The notes beneath the pieces were generated by a model. The model had not been told where the DNA came from, did no database searches, and saw only the letters and a program-made list of their open reading frames with translations. Positions 1-10,593 of a DNA stretch of 64,000 bases are shown one piece after another. The position numbers and the translations under genes were made by a program. The stretch comes from Eubacteriales bacterium (GTDB lineage Bacteria; Bacillota; Clostridia; Oscillospirales; CAG-272). The stretch covers positions 44,746 through 108,745 of the forward strand of contig JAZQKP010000035.1 of the NCBI GenBank assembly GCA_045542275.1, in the 5' to 3' direction. Numbering within the stretch: position 1 is the stretch's first letter; every line of letters starts with the position of its first letter.

Positions 1-1231
1 ATGCGGTAAGTGTAAATTCAAGCCAGAGAGCTGAGTCGGAGTAGGGCTTAGTATCAACAGGGTTCCAGCCACGAACAGCCATACCGCTTGCGTACTGATT
101 AGCAACTGCCTCCTTAAGAATCTCTCTTGTTCTGTCTGTCTTAAATGCAACTACGCCGAAACCGTGCTGAACAATGTCACGGTATCCGTTGTAGCCCCAA
201 CGGCACCAGGTTGCGCCAAAGTTGGTTGCGTGCTTGCCCCAGAAGTTGATAAGACGGTCAAGATGCTCATCCTCTGTGGTAATGTGATTCTGTGTGTAAA
301 GCGCCTTGTAGTAGGATTTAACCTCCTCAAAGTACTTTTCCTGATTAAGAAGATACTTTTCCTTAAAGGGAACGGAGTCCTTTTCCTCCTGTCCGATACC
401 GAGGATAAGGGAAATATCCTGCTCCTCGCCAACCTCAAGCTCCATATCAAACTGGAGTGAGCAGATAGTTGCGTTAGCTGAGCCGATAGAGTTCTTAGCT
501 CCACCCTCTCTTACAACCTGAGGTGCGGAAAGTGTACCGTAATCACCAACAAATGCGTTCTGGCATCCGTCAGAGCCTACAATCTTCTTATCAGCTACCA
601 TAAATGCTGTAAGATAGTTATGAGGCTTAATGAAGGGGTGCTTTGTCATATAGAAGGTATTCTCGTTTTCGTCAAAGCGAGTAGCACGGTAGAAGGTGTC
701 ACCGTAGCTGTCAAAGCCCCACTTGAACTTGAACTGAATCTGGCTATATGTGAAGATAGAATATGAACGCTTCTTTGTGCCCTCATTCTTAAGAGAAAGC
801 TTCCAAAGCTCGCAAGCGTCCTTGCCTACGGGCACGAATACTCTCATCTTAGCAAGAGTGTCGGCTGTCTTGTTTTCAATAAGTGTGTAGCCCATACCCT
901 GAGTACACTTGTAGGACTGATAGGGGTGGCACACAGGCTCCCAGTTAAGTGTCCAGAACTCGCCTGTTTCATTATCTCTGATGTAAACAAGACGGTTGTA
1001 AAGGTGATCCTTGCCGAATACGTCGTAGTCACAGATACGGCCTACACCTGTATAAAGCTGAATGCCCTCCTTACCGTCAATCTGGTAATCGAAGCAGCCT
1101 ATACCTGTCTGATGCACGTTTGCATAGCAGGAATCGTTGAAAAGAAAGTTGTCAAAGGGACGGGGAGTTGCGGGAGAGGTGATAATAAATTCATCGCCCG
1201 ATTCGTTAAAATAACCGTATTTGTATTCCAT
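1..1231 (-). CDS. GH94-like glycan phosphorylase (cellobiose/cellodextrin/chitobiose phosphorylase family), N-terminal ~410 codons; 3' end off-window
   Basis: Not in ORF track because the stop is off-window. Hand translation of minus strand from ATG 1231..1229 (GGAG 7 nt upstream) reads MEYKYGYFNESGDEFIITSPATPRPFDNFLFN...GWNPVDTKPYSDSALWL with no stop down to base 1. Family call from memory of GH94 N-termini. Confidence 0.6.
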   Translation of the reverse strand, partial: MEYKYGYFNESGDEFIITSPATPRPFDNFLFNDSCYANVHQTGIGCFDYQIDGKEGIQLYTGVGRICDYDVFGKDHLYNRLVYIRDNETGEFWTLNWEPVCHPYQSYKCTQGMGYTLIENKTADTLAKMRVFVPVGKDACELWKLSLKNEGTKKRSYSIFTYSQIQFKFKWGFDSYGDTFYRATRFDENENTFYMTKHPFIKPHNYLTAFMVADKKIVGSDGCQNAFVGDYGTLSAPQVVREGGAKNSIGSANATICSLQFDMELEVGEEQDISLILGIGQEEKDSVPFKEKYLLNQEKYFEEVKSYYKALYTQNHITTEDEHLDRLINFWGKHATNFGATWCRWGYNGYRDIVQHGFGVVAFKTDRTREILKEAVANQYASGMAVRGWNPVDTKPYSDSALWLEFTLTA

Positions 1232-1256
1232 TTTTTATCTCCTATATAAAACGAAA

Positions 1257-3002
1257 TTAGTTATCAATCCTTACGCCTGTTACAAGCTTGATAAGTGAAT
1301 CCTGAAGATAGTCAATAACCTGACCTCTTGTTGTATCAAATACTGTTTTTGTTTCTTCCATTACTACTGCGCCGTTAACGGTCTTGCCCATAGTATTTCT
1401 CATCATAACATACTCAGAGGAAATCTGGTAGTATTCAAGAAGCTGTACTCTGCCGTCGTTAAGCTCAACGTAAAGTGTGAAAAGAAGATTTGCATCTATT
1501 GCCTTCTCTGCGATTTCAGCCTCTGTCATTGCGTTAAAGCGAGAGGGGATAGGATGTGCGATAAGCTGGTAATAGAACTTGTTGAATTCCTTGCCTGTCG
1601 CCATTCTTTCGTCCTGATAGCTGCCGTTTGCACTGGTAATCATAAGAATATCAATATCCTTGGTAGCCTCGTGAACGTAGTTTGTATAGTAGGTATCCTG
1701 GAACATGCCGCCGTCATTCTGGAGCTTGCCGTCCTTCCAGGTGCCGATAGGAGCCTTTACGGTAACGGACTTAACACCGGAATACTGCTCGTCAGGCTTA
1801 ATAGCCTCGCTAAGACCTGCGCCAACTGTGTTGGTAGCTGCCCAGTTAAGAACAGATTCCTCACTGAATACAGTGGACTCAATATCCTTAAACTGATTCT
1901 GAGGAACGAATGCCTCTCTGGGTATTCTTACAAGAAGAGGTGTGCCTGCCTGATATGCTAATGTATAGTAGTAAACCTCCTCGGTTTCGGGGTCTGTCTT
2001 AGGCGCGCTGATAAAGAAGGAGCTGATTTCATCACCGTTCTTATCACGTGCGTTGATAATATAACGGAAATCGTCATCGCCAAGACCGTACTCCTTAAGA
2101 AGCTCCTTGCTTGGGTCAATTGCAACAACAAGGTCACCAAGGAAGCTTGTATAGAAGAGGTCGATTGCGTTAACTACATAGTCGGAGTCTGCCGCTGTGC
2201 TCTTAAGAATGTTACCCTTATCATCGAATACATGGCAGGTATAGCTTGTACTTTCTGTGCCGTCTGCATTAGTTGCAGGTGTACCTGTAAGGTAAATAAT
2301 AGGCTTAAGCTCTCCCTTAAGATAGCCCTGTGTGATAGAAAAATGTGTAATTTCTATCATTGCCTCAGAGGAGGTTGCATATCCCGCATAAATAATGGGG
2401 GAAATGTATTCATTAAGGCCAAGAAGAATTGAGCCCTCAGCAGCGCTTGAAAATCTGTATACGCTGTTTCTGCCGTCTATGGCAACATAGAAGGTTCTGT
2501 TAGCTGTGAATGTGGCATAGCCGATTCTTAATACATGGCTCTTTGTAGATCCGTCTGCATCCTTGTAATATACGGTCATTGTAGCCTGACAGGTGTCGGG
2601 GGTTACACCGTATTCCTTCATCTGCTCATCCGTAAGATTTCTGAAGGGGGTATTATCTGCAGAAAGAGGAGCTGTGGCATAGGAGAGAATGTAGCTGAAG
2701 ATAGACTCATCAAAGGCAAGCTTTTCATAGCCCTTAATCTTAGTTGTCATCTCGCCCTTGGAGTTTTTCTCGCGAACAAACTCATACTCACTCTTTGTAT
2801 TCTTGATATGAACAGAAACAATGGCGTCATTCTCTAAGGGTGCATAAACAGTAAGTCTGTTATTGAATATACCCTCTCCGTCCTGAGGCTCAGGTGATTC
2901 TATATCATCATCAAGAAGGGGTGCAACTACTACAAAGTACACTACCACAAGGGCAACAAGAAGAACTGCCAGTGATATTAGTACAATTTTATTCTTTGTC
3001 AT
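1257..3002 (-). CDS. DUF4340-like membrane-anchored protein, last gene of ABC-2/GldG operon
   Basis: ORF 1257..3047; likely start MTKNKIVLISLAVLL at 3002 because this ATG overlaps the upstream TGA (ATGA). N-terminal TM helix; position after a GldG-like gene is typical for DUF4340. Confidence 0.6.
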   Translation of the reverse strand: MTKNKIVLISLAVLLVALVVVYFVVVAPLLDDDIESPEPQDGEGIFNNRLTVYAPLENDAIVSVHIKNTKSEYEFVREKNSKGEMTTKIKGYEKLAFDESIFSYILSYATAPLSADNTPFRNLTDEQMKEYGVTPDTCQATMTVYYKDADGSTKSHVLRIGYATFTANRTFYVAIDGRNSVYRFSSAAEGSILLGLNEYISPIIYAGYATSSEAMIEITHFSITQGYLKGELKPIIYLTGTPATNADGTESTSYTCHVFDDKGNILKSTAADSDYVVNAIDLFYTSFLGDLVVAIDPSKELLKEYGLGDDDFRYIINARDKNGDEISSFFISAPKTDPETEEVYYYTLAYQAGTPLLVRIPREAFVPQNQFKDIESTVFSEESVLNWAATNTVGAGLSEAIKPDEQYSGVKSVTVKAPIGTWKDGKLQNDGGMFQDTYYTNYVHEATKDIDILMITSANGSYQDERMATGKEFNKFYYQLIAHPIPSRFNAMTEAEIAEKAIDANLLFTLYVELNDGRVQLLEYYQISSEYVMMRNTMGKTVNGAVVMEETKTVFDTTRGQVIDYLQDSLIKLVTGVRIDN

Positions 3003-4603
3003 TTGAGTTTTCTCCTGCGAATTGTTACTGCACCGTAAATAATGCAAGCCACGGGAAGAACGCTGGAAATAAGAATTGTAATTGTTCTAGCCTGTGTCTG
3101 TGTGATTTCAAGGTCATAGTTGATAAATGTCTTGAAGTCGATATTTACAAGTGAGGGTGTATCCTCTCTTGCAGCAAGTGTATGGATAAGCGCATCCATC
3201 ATCTTGCCGTTTGCCGCATTGCTCTTTGTAAGATTTTCGTTAGATGCGAAATCGGAAACAGCACACATAAGGAAGTATGAGTAGCTGTGTCTCATATTGA
3301 TCTTGTTAGTCTCAACCGCAGATGTAACTGTCATAAGGTTGTACACGCCCTTTACGCCGTCAAGCTCTGCATTAGCGCTTGTGGTGATAAGAGGCATTGC
3401 ATACATTGTGTAGTCCTTCTCCTCGTATCCCTCGTCATTGTTGTAAAGAGGATTGAGAGTAAGTGTTGCAGCATTGCTGATAATAGCCTTTGCGGAGGCA
3501 AAGTCCTTAATAGTCTTAAAGTACTGTGAGGTTGCGTTGTTATCGGGAACTGTACCAAGGAAGGAATCCTTATTAGCAAGAAGTGTAGAGGGGTCCTTTA
3601 CAGGAGCACCTGTAAAGATGGGGTTAACTGTTACACCGCACTGTGCCTCTGCAAACTCATAGAGATTGGAAAGGTCTGCATTGTAGGGTGCGAAGCAGAA
3701 TACTGTACCGGAATTTCTGTAATATGCTCTCAATTTAGCTGTTTCGTCTGTTGAGAAGTCAAATTCAGGCTGATTGATTACAATAACACGTGCATCAGAG
3801 GGAACGTTCTCTGTACGGAGGTCGATAGGCTTAACCATATATCCGTTATCAACGAAAAGCTGCATAAGCGCCTTAGCATCGGGATTGATATCCTCTGATG
3901 TAAGGATTGTTTCTGCGCTGATAGGCTCACTCTTATCGCTCCATGACTTGAAGGCTGTCTCACCGTGACCTATTGTGAAGTATACTGTGGGTGCCTTATC
4001 AAGAACAAGGCTGAGAATGCCGGATGTGAATGCCATTTCACCGTTGTAAGCATAGAGGGTATCTGTGCTGTAGTCAAAGGTGTAGAAGGACTGATAGTGA
4101 AGAACTCTGTATTCACCGTATGTGCCGTCTGCATTCTTTCTTGCAATAATGACTACATTCTGTGAAAGGGGTGTACCTGCATCGGTATAGAAGTTTTCCT
4201 TGTAGAAGTTATACTCTTTTCTGATGTCGTGGTAGCTTAAGCTGATGTTGTCATACTTAAGAGCAAGATCCTCAGCTGTTGCGTTAACGTAACCGATAGA
4301 GCCTGAGGTTGATGATGTCGCAAATGCGTCCTTAACTGTATCGTAGGGAGCAGCGAAGATAATTTCAATCTCCACATCGTTTTCCTCAAACATTTCGTCA
4401 AGGGCTGTCTTCATATCGTCTGACATTGTAAAGATCTTTTCGTCAGTCATATCAACATACCAGTTGAACTTCTCTGTGAATACCGTAAGCATAGCGTTAA
4501 CTATCATTACAATAGCGATAATGAGAGCGCAGAATGCAACATTTACTGTTGTATATTTTACATTTTTAGAGTCTGAAAAAGACTTCATAAATCCGTTTTT
4601 CAT
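2999..4603 (-). CDS. GldG-family ABC-transporter auxiliary protein
   Basis: 534-aa ORF with N- and C-terminal TM helices, directly downstream of ABC-2 permease and ATPase; the architecture matches ABC-type uncharacterized transport system auxiliary components. Confidence 0.65.
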   Translation of the reverse strand: MKNGFMKSFSDSKNVKYTTVNVAFCALIIAIVMIVNAMLTVFTEKFNWYVDMTDEKIFTMSDDMKTALDEMFEENDVEIEIIFAAPYDTVKDAFATSSTSGSIGYVNATAEDLALKYDNISLSYHDIRKEYNFYKENFYTDAGTPLSQNVVIIARKNADGTYGEYRVLHYQSFYTFDYSTDTLYAYNGEMAFTSGILSLVLDKAPTVYFTIGHGETAFKSWSDKSEPISAETILTSEDINPDAKALMQLFVDNGYMVKPIDLRTENVPSDARVIVINQPEFDFSTDETAKLRAYYRNSGTVFCFAPYNADLSNLYEFAEAQCGVTVNPIFTGAPVKDPSTLLANKDSFLGTVPDNNATSQYFKTIKDFASAKAIISNAATLTLNPLYNNDEGYEEKDYTMYAMPLITTSANAELDGVKGVYNLMTVTSAVETNKINMRHSYSYFLMCAVSDFASNENLTKSNAANGKMMDALIHTLAAREDTPSLVNIDFKTFINYDLEITQTQARTITILISSVLPVACIIYGAVTIRRRKLK

Positions 4604-4621
4604 CTTTGTCTCTCCTTTCGC

Positions 4622-5350
4622 TTAGCGATATCTGCGTGCTTCAAACACACGCATTGTGAGGAATACGAATACTCCTGCAATTGAAATGTAATAAAGCAAA
4701 GCGCCAAAGTCAAAGCGACCGTAGGTGAAATTGCCAAATCTGGAATAAATGCTGAAGAAGTCAAGGATTGTCTTGATAGCAGCGGAGCTTATAAAGCTGT
4801 TAAAGATGCTGATACAAAGCAAGCCTACGAGAATACCGAGGGTAATAACTACTGCTGCAAACTGGTTTTCTGTAAGAGCAGATACAAACATACCGATGGC
4901 GATAAAGCTCATACCGACAAGGATAAGGGCGAAGGTAGAGCCGAGAATCATTGTAAAGCTGGGTGGCATTGTGTTGATGGAGTCCTTAACCGCATACTGA
5001 TAAAGAGGAATGTAGTTAACCATGGAAACAACCATAACAATAAGGAACATGCAAAGAGCTGCAAGATACTTACCAAGCACCATCTTGGGAATGGAAACGG
5101 GCGCTGTAAGAAGAAGCTGCTCTGTCTTTGTCTTCTTCTCTTCGCTGAATATCTTCATAGTAAGGATAGGAAGAATTACTACAAGGATAACAAGCTTGAA
5201 GATGAAGTATGTGCTTGTATCGGAGCTGGACTGAAGAAGTGTGGTAGCACCGAGGGCAGCGCCGAAGAGGGCAAGAGATACAGCAAGGAAGATATATCCT
5301 GTAGCTGTTGTAAAGTATGAGCGCATTTCACGCTTGAATATAGCCAACAT
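4622..5350 (-). CDS. ABC-2 type transporter permease
   Basis: 242-aa polytopic membrane ORF, 2 nt downstream of the ATPase gene. Confidence 0.75.
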   Translation of the reverse strand: MLAIFKREMRSYFTTATGYIFLAVSLALFGAALGATTLLQSSSDTSTYFIFKLVILVVILPILTMKIFSEEKKTKTEQLLLTAPVSIPKMVLGKYLAALCMFLIVMVVSMVNYIPLYQYAVKDSINTMPPSFTMILGSTFALILVGMSFIAIGMFVSALTENQFAAVVITLGILVGLLCISIFNSFISSAAIKTILDFFSIYSRFGNFTYGRFDFGALLYYISIAGVFVFLTMRVFEARRYR

Positions 5351-5352
5351 TA

Positions 5353-6300
5353 TTATTTATCTCCCTTCTTCTTTTTATCTGTAAGCTTAATAAAGATGTC
5401 CTCAAGGTCTGCGCCAACAGGCTCAAGACCGAGCATAGGCCAATCTCTGTCCGCAAGAGTTCTGAAAAGCTTCTTTCTGATGTCCACATTACCTGCGCTT
5501 TCGATGATGTATACGAATGCGTCTGCATCTCTTTCGTTAAGAGAATCCACCATAAGAACACCGGGCACGTTGCGAAGCGCCTGTGCAACCTCACGCTGAG
5601 GACCGGATACCTTTACTCTGTAGCGTGCATTTTCTGTAATTGTCTTTGTTAAGTTCTCTGTCTTTTCATCAGCAACAATCTTTCCTGCGTTGATAACAAC
5701 GATTCTGTTACATACAGACTGTACCTCGGAAAGAATGTGGGTGGAAAGAATAACTGTGTGGGTCTTACCAAGGTTTCTTATAAGGTTTCTTACCTCAATA
5801 ATCTGCTTGGGGTCAAGACCTACTGTGGGCTCGTCAAAGATAATGATCTTAGGATTGCCCATGATTGCCTGTGCAATGCCCACTCTCTGTCTGTAACCCT
5901 TTGAAAGATTACGGATAAGGCGGTCTCTTACGCTGTCAATCTTTGTGATAACGCATATTTCGTCAATATGCTTCTTTTTGTTAAGAGTACAGCTCTTAAG
6001 CTCGAATACGAATTCAAGGTATTCCTGAACTGTCATATCCATATAGAGTGGAGGCTGCTCGGGAAGGTAGCCGATAAGCTTCTTTGCTTCAATAGGATCA
6101 TCAAAAATATCCTTGCCGTCTATAACAACGGTACCTGATGTTGAAGCCAGATAACCGGTTACAATATTCATAGTCGTGGACTTACCTGCGCCGTTAGGGC
6201 CGAGAAAGCCAACAATCTCTCCGTCGTTTATAGTAAAAGAAATATCGTCAAGGGCATACTTTGTTCCGTACTTTTTAACGAGATTTTTAATTTCTACCAT
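5353..6300 (-). CDS. ABC transporter ATP-binding protein
   Basis: Walker A GPNGAGKST, signature LSKGYRQR, Walker B IIIFDEPTVGLD. Confidence 0.9.
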   Translation of the reverse strand: MVEIKNLVKKYGTKYALDDISFTINDGEIVGFLGPNGAGKSTTMNIVTGYLASTSGTVVIDGKDIFDDPIEAKKLIGYLPEQPPLYMDMTVQEYLEFVFELKSCTLNKKKHIDEICVITKIDSVRDRLIRNLSKGYRQRVGIAQAIMGNPKIIIFDEPTVGLDPKQIIEVRNLIRNLGKTHTVILSTHILSEVQSVCNRIVVINAGKIVADEKTENLTKTITENARYRVKVSGPQREVAQALRNVPGVLMVDSLNERDADAFVYIIESAGNVDIRKKLFRTLADRDWPMLGLEPVGADLEDIFIKLTDKKKKGDK

Positions 6301-6492
6301 AGTTTTTCCTTTCTTTTTTGTATCATACGATTTTGTAGACTTTTAAAGTATAACATATTATTTTAAATAAATCAACAGAATTATTACTAAAATTATATAA
6401 TTTTGCACAAAGTTATAGGATTGTACACAAATTATACTATCATAATTGCCATACTGACATTATTCTACTTCGTCTACTTTAATTTAACTTAA

Positions 6493-6522
6493 GAAAAAGA
6501 AAAAGCCGAGCGACGCTCGGCT
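6493..6522 (-). terminator. intrinsic terminator of TSUP gene
   Basis: AGCCGAGCG-TCG-CTCGGCT followed by a T-run on the minus strand. Confidence 0.7.
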
Positions 6523-6527
6523 TAGCT

Positions 6528-7313
6528 TTATATGTAGTATTTGAAAAGCTGAATTGTTCCGATGCCAAGACCGGTAACAAGAAGAAGGACACCTACAATT
6601 CTGTTAAGGGTTTTGGGATCTACCTTGTTTGCAATCTTCGCTGCAAGAAGGGCAAATGCGAGGGTAAAGATAATACAAAGAATAAGTACAAGAGGATCGG
6701 GTATTGAGCCAACAGCAAAATGACATACTGCACCAATGAGGGCTGAGAAGGTCATTACAAATACGCTGGTACCAACTGCCTTTTTAAGATCAAAGCCAAG
6801 GACAGAGGTAAGCACAAACAGCATAGCAAGACCGCCGCCTGCGCCGACACAGCCACAGATAAAGCCAATCATTGTACCCGCAATTATACTGTATGTAATA
6901 AATGTTCCTCTCTTAATGGTGGAAAATGCAATTTTCGGCACCAAAACGGGCTTAATCAGGAATTTTATACCCAAAATTATACCTGAAATAATGCTGGCAG
7001 AGCCAAGGAAGCTGTCGGGCAGATATCTGCCTACTATACTACCTATAACCGTGGCTACCATTATCGCAATAAACAGGAACATTCCGTTTTTTATATCTGT
7101 ATTTTTGCTTCTTTTATAAGTAATTGCGCTTATAGCGCTGGCTAAAACGTCGCTGGCAAGGGCGATACCAATCGCCATGTAGGGCTCCATGTCAAGTAGG
7201 CCAACGAGAACGGGGATAATAACCGCCGCAGCGCTCATTCCTGCAAATCCGGTGCCAAGTCCGGCACCTGCGCCTGCAAGAAGGCACACTAAAACCTTTA
7301 TTAAAATTTCCAT
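6528..7313 (-). CDS. TSUP (TauE/SafE) family anion exporter
   Basis: Gly-rich polytopic protein MEILIKVLVCLLAGAGAGLGTGFAGMSAA...; start moved to ATG 7313 (track start is TTG 7325). Confidence 0.75.
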   Translation of the reverse strand: MEILIKVLVCLLAGAGAGLGTGFAGMSAAAVIIPVLVGLLDMEPYMAIGIALASDVLASAISAITYKRSKNTDIKNGMFLFIAIMVATVIGSIVGRYLPDSFLGSASIISGIILGIKFLIKPVLVPKIAFSTIKRGTFITYSIIAGTMIGFICGCVGAGGGLAMLFVLTSVLGFDLKKAVGTSVFVMTFSALIGAVCHFAVGSIPDPLVLILCIIFTLAFALLAAKIANKVDPKTLNRIVGVLLLVTGLGIGTIQLFKYYI

Positions 7314-7561
7314 ATATATCACCAAGGAATAGCCAAAATAGGCTAAAATCCTGTAAATTCAAAATAGTTATGATTAATTTTAACATATATTTTTTAGTGT
7401 GTCAACATTTTTTGACCAATTTTTTGCATAAATTTGTAAAAAAGCGCCACCACGTGTACGATTTTCTGTGACACGTACCCCCACTTTGTTAATATCTCAT
7501 CAAACAAAAATGAATAATAATTCACTTTTCCGAATTATTTTTCATTTTACACAAAAGTAAG

Positions 7562-7591
7562 AAAAAACCGACAGGAATTCTCTCCTATCGG
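7562..7591 (-). terminator. intrinsic terminator
   Basis: CCGATAGG...CCTGTCGG + TTTTTT (minus strand). Confidence 0.7.
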
Positions 7592-7608
7592 TTATTTTTC
7601 AAGCATTT

Positions 7609-8592
7609 TCAGTTGTCAAGCTCATATGCGTAAATATGTCTGCCCGATGTAAGATTACCAAAGATATACTTTGTACATGCAGACTCATTCATAACGTAGA
7701 TTTTGTTATCAAGCACTACTATTTCCTCTGCCATGGGCGGCATTCTCAAATCATCTGTAAGCAAACTTGAATCAAGATAAACAAGAGGAACCTTTGTGCC
7801 GTTAAAATCGTATGTATCCCCTATCAAATCGCCCTCAAGCGTATAGGTGTAAAGGTGGGATACGGTAAGTCCCCAGGAGGTGGAAAGATATATCCTGTCT
7901 CCGTCCATATACATTCCCTGTACCTTTGAGGTGGTGGAATACATTATATCGGGAGCATCGCTCTTTGCAAGTCCTGTTACAGGATCAAGTGACCAGACTG
8001 TAATAATTCCCGTATTTGTGTCCCCTGCCGGAGTGGTCATCATAAACTGATTGTTTTTGTCGTAGCCACCCTCCGTGTAGTAGAAGGAGCCTGCGTAAAG
8101 CTTACCGTCAAAGACCTTACAGTAGGCAGGGTCATTACCCGTCTTTATTTCGCCCACCATAGTCACGGTCCCGTCACCATCAAGAAGGTCGCTAAGTAAA
8201 AATACGTCGCAGCCGTCTCCACCGGAGATGTAGACAAAGTTACCAAATCTTGCGATTCCGCCTGTGTGACCTGTATAGTCCTTACCGTTTGATTTTTTCA
8301 TTTCTGCCATATCTGTGATTTTGCCGTTTTTGTCCAGAATATAGATTCTTGAGGGTGATTTATCCTTCATATAGCCTGTTGCAAGAAAAATTTCCTCATC
8401 CTCAAGGTAATCAAAGCCCTGCGGAACGTAGCCCTCAGAGATGCCGGGAGTCCTCATTTCTCTGTCTGCATTCAGGAAAAATCTTGCGAAAAGCACCTTT
8501 TCTCCAAAATAGATAAAATAAAGCACAAAGAGTAAGCAGGCAATAACAACAGCCCCTATTCTGAGCGCCTTTATAAGCGATTTATTTTTCAT
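7609..8592 (-). CDS. hypothetical membrane-anchored extracytoplasmic protein
   Basis: 327-aa ORF with one N-terminal TM helix, own terminator (7562..7591); no family recognised. Confidence 0.5.
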   Translation of the reverse strand: MKNKSLIKALRIGAVVIACLLFVLYFIYFGEKVLFARFFLNADREMRTPGISEGYVPQGFDYLEDEEIFLATGYMKDKSPSRIYILDKNGKITDMAEMKKSNGKDYTGHTGGIARFGNFVYISGGDGCDVFLLSDLLDGDGTVTMVGEIKTGNDPAYCKVFDGKLYAGSFYYTEGGYDKNNQFMMTTPAGDTNTGIITVWSLDPVTGLAKSDAPDIMYSTTSKVQGMYMDGDRIYLSTSWGLTVSHLYTYTLEGDLIGDTYDFNGTKVPLVYLDSSLLTDDLRMPPMAEEIVVLDNKIYVMNESACTKYIFGNLTSGRHIYAYELDN

Positions 8593-8724
8593 ATTTTTCT
8601 CCTTATTTTAATTGTTATTTGAATTTTAACATTCCTTCATTAAAATGTCAATAGTCATATTGATTTTAGAAAATCTTTATGTTATACTTAAGGTAACTGC
8701 TATATTATATTAACGGAGAATACT

Positions 8725-9948
8725 ATGGATAAGGTGAAATTTGGTATTATCGGTCACGGCTGTCGAGGCTGGGGACTGCTTGAAATTCTCCTCTCTCTTG
8801 AGGATGTTGAGGTTGTTGCCGTTTGCGACAAGTATGAGGATAGAGCTGATAGTGCTTTTGATAAGGCTAAGGAAAAGAGGGGCTTCACTCCCTTTAAAAC
8901 AACAAATTACAAGGAGCTTCTAGCCCTTGATAATGTAGATGCTGTGCTTATCTCCACAGACTGGGAGATGCATGTGCCTATTGCAATTGATGCAATGAAC
9001 GCAGGTAAGGCTGTTGCCCTTGAGGTTGGCGGCGCTTACAGCGTACAGGATTGCTTTGATTTGGTAGGCACCTGGGAAAGGACAAGAGTTCCCTTCATGT
9101 TTATGGAAAACTGCTGCTACAACAGAGATGAGCTTCTTGCTACTGCAATGGCAAGAAAGGGTCTTTTCGGCAGAATCATCTATTGCTCAGGCTCTTATTC
9201 CCACGACCTTCGCAGTGAGGTTACAAGAGGTAAGGAAAATCGTCATTACAGGCTTCGTAACTACCTTACAAGAAACTGCGAGAACTACCCCACCCATGAG
9301 CTTGGTCCTATTGCCAAGATTCTTAACATCAACAGAGGCAACAGAATAACATCTCTTGTTTCCGTTGCGTCGGGCAGCTGCGGTATGGAGCAGTACGTTG
9401 AAAACAACAAGGATAATATTAATCCTGAGCTTATCGGCGTTAAGTTTGCTCAGGGCGATATTGTAAACACAATTCTCACCTGTGAAAACGGTGAGCAGAT
9501 TCTTATAAGGCTTGATACCTCTCTTCCCCGTTCCTACGCACGTGAGTTTACGGTAAGAGGCTCCAAGGGTATGTTTGAGCAGTCCTCTAACTCTGTTTAT
9601 TTCGACGGACAGAAGGAGTTCTGGTCACCTGTTGAATACATTGACGAATATAAGAACTCTGCTGAAAAATATAAGGATCTGCTTCCCTCCATGTGGGCTG
9701 AAATCACACAGGAGCAGCTTGATGCAGGTCACGGCGGAATGGACTATCTTGAATTCCGTGATTTCGTTGACCGTCTTAAGGCAGGACGTGAAATGCCTAT
9801 TGACGTTTACGATGCGGCAGTATGGATGAGCGTTACCGCGCTTTCCGAGGAGTCCATAAAAGAGGGCGGTATGCCAAAGAGCGTGCCCGACTTTACAAGA
9901 GGCGCATACAAGACAAGAGAGCCTCTTGATGTTGTAGATTTTAATTAA
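8725..9948 (+). CDS. Gfo/Idh/MocA-family NAD-binding oxidoreductase (GH109-like)
   Basis: N-terminal Rossmann motif KFGIIGHGCRG, 407 aa, GGAGAA RBS. Confidence 0.75.
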   Translation: MDKVKFGIIGHGCRGWGLLEILLSLEDVEVVAVCDKYEDRADSAFDKAKEKRGFTPFKTTNYKELLALDNVDAVLISTDWEMHVPIAIDAMNAGKAVALEVGGAYSVQDCFDLVGTWERTRVPFMFMENCCYNRDELLATAMARKGLFGRIIYCSGSYSHDLRSEVTRGKENRHYRLRNYLTRNCENYPTHELGPIAKILNINRGNRITSLVSVASGSCGMEQYVENNKDNINPELIGVKFAQGDIVNTILTCENGEQILIRLDTSLPRSYAREFTVRGSKGMFEQSSNSVYFDGQKEFWSPVEYIDEYKNSAEKYKDLLPSMWAEITQEQLDAGHGGMDYLEFRDFVDRLKAGREMPIDVYDAAVWMSVTALSEESIKEGGMPKSVPDFTRGAYKTREPLDVVDFN

Positions 9949-9967
9949 TCCAGAAAGGAGAAAAACT

Positions 9968-10591
9968 ATGGATCGTGAATACACAAACGAAGAGCTTAAC
10001 GAGGTAGAGGCTACCGAAGAGGTTGTTGCTACTGAGGAAGCAGCCAAAGAGGTAGTTGAAGACGTTGAGGCTACTGAAGAGGTTGAGGCTGAGCAGGACG
10101 AAACAGATGCGGCAATGGCATCCTTCCTTTCAGGCTCCAATGACTACGAGGTTAAGAAGGAAGAAGAGGAAAGTGAGGAGGTTAAGGCAGGCAAGAAGAA
10201 CATTCTTATAGCTGCCCTTGCTGTAATCGCACTTGCTGTTTTCTCTATCAGCACATACGGCTCCTGCGTGCTTGCAGCTATTGCTATTGCACTTGTTCTT
10301 GTAATCAAGCCCGAAAGACTTGTTACACACACAGTTGTAGCTAACTCTCTTGTACTCGGCACATGCGTAGTAGTTAAATCACTTTTGACAGCTGTTCGCG
10401 CTATTGCAACTCCCATCTTTGCATTTATGGGCTCTACCACAACAGCGTACAGCAACTTCACAGGTGTTTTAACAATATTTGACTATATCTTAGTTGCAAT
10501 AAGCTTTGTAATATTTGTTGTTAATGCGTTTGCACTTATGTCAAAGAAGACAACAGCTATCTTTGGCAAGACAGCTGACAAGCTTTGCTGA
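9968..10591 (+). CDS. hypothetical membrane protein with acidic low-complexity N-terminus
   Basis: E/V/A/T-rich N-terminus (EATEEVVATEEAAKEVVEDVEATEEVEAEQDE) followed by about 4 TM helices; RBS AAAGGAGAA. Confidence 0.5.
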   Translation: MDREYTNEELNEVEATEEVVATEEAAKEVVEDVEATEEVEAEQDETDAAMASFLSGSNDYEVKKEEEESEEVKAGKKNILIAALAVIALAVFSISTYGSCVLAAIAIALVLVIKPERLVTHTVVANSLVLGTCVVVKSLLTAVRAIATPIFAFMGSTTTAYSNFTGVLTIFDYILVAISFVIFVVNAFALMSKKTTAIFGKTADKLC

Positions 10592-10593
10592 TT

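Noticed and set aside
151-1249. Several 60-117-aa ORFs on both strands at the window start
   Set aside because: All lie inside the continuous GH94-like minus-strand reading frame that runs from 1231 to base 1.
9625-10140. 171-aa minus-strand Ser/Thr-rich ORF
   Set aside because: Mirror image of the acidic E/V/A/T-rich coding region and the end of the oxidoreductase gene; it spans an intergenic gap with a plus-strand RBS.
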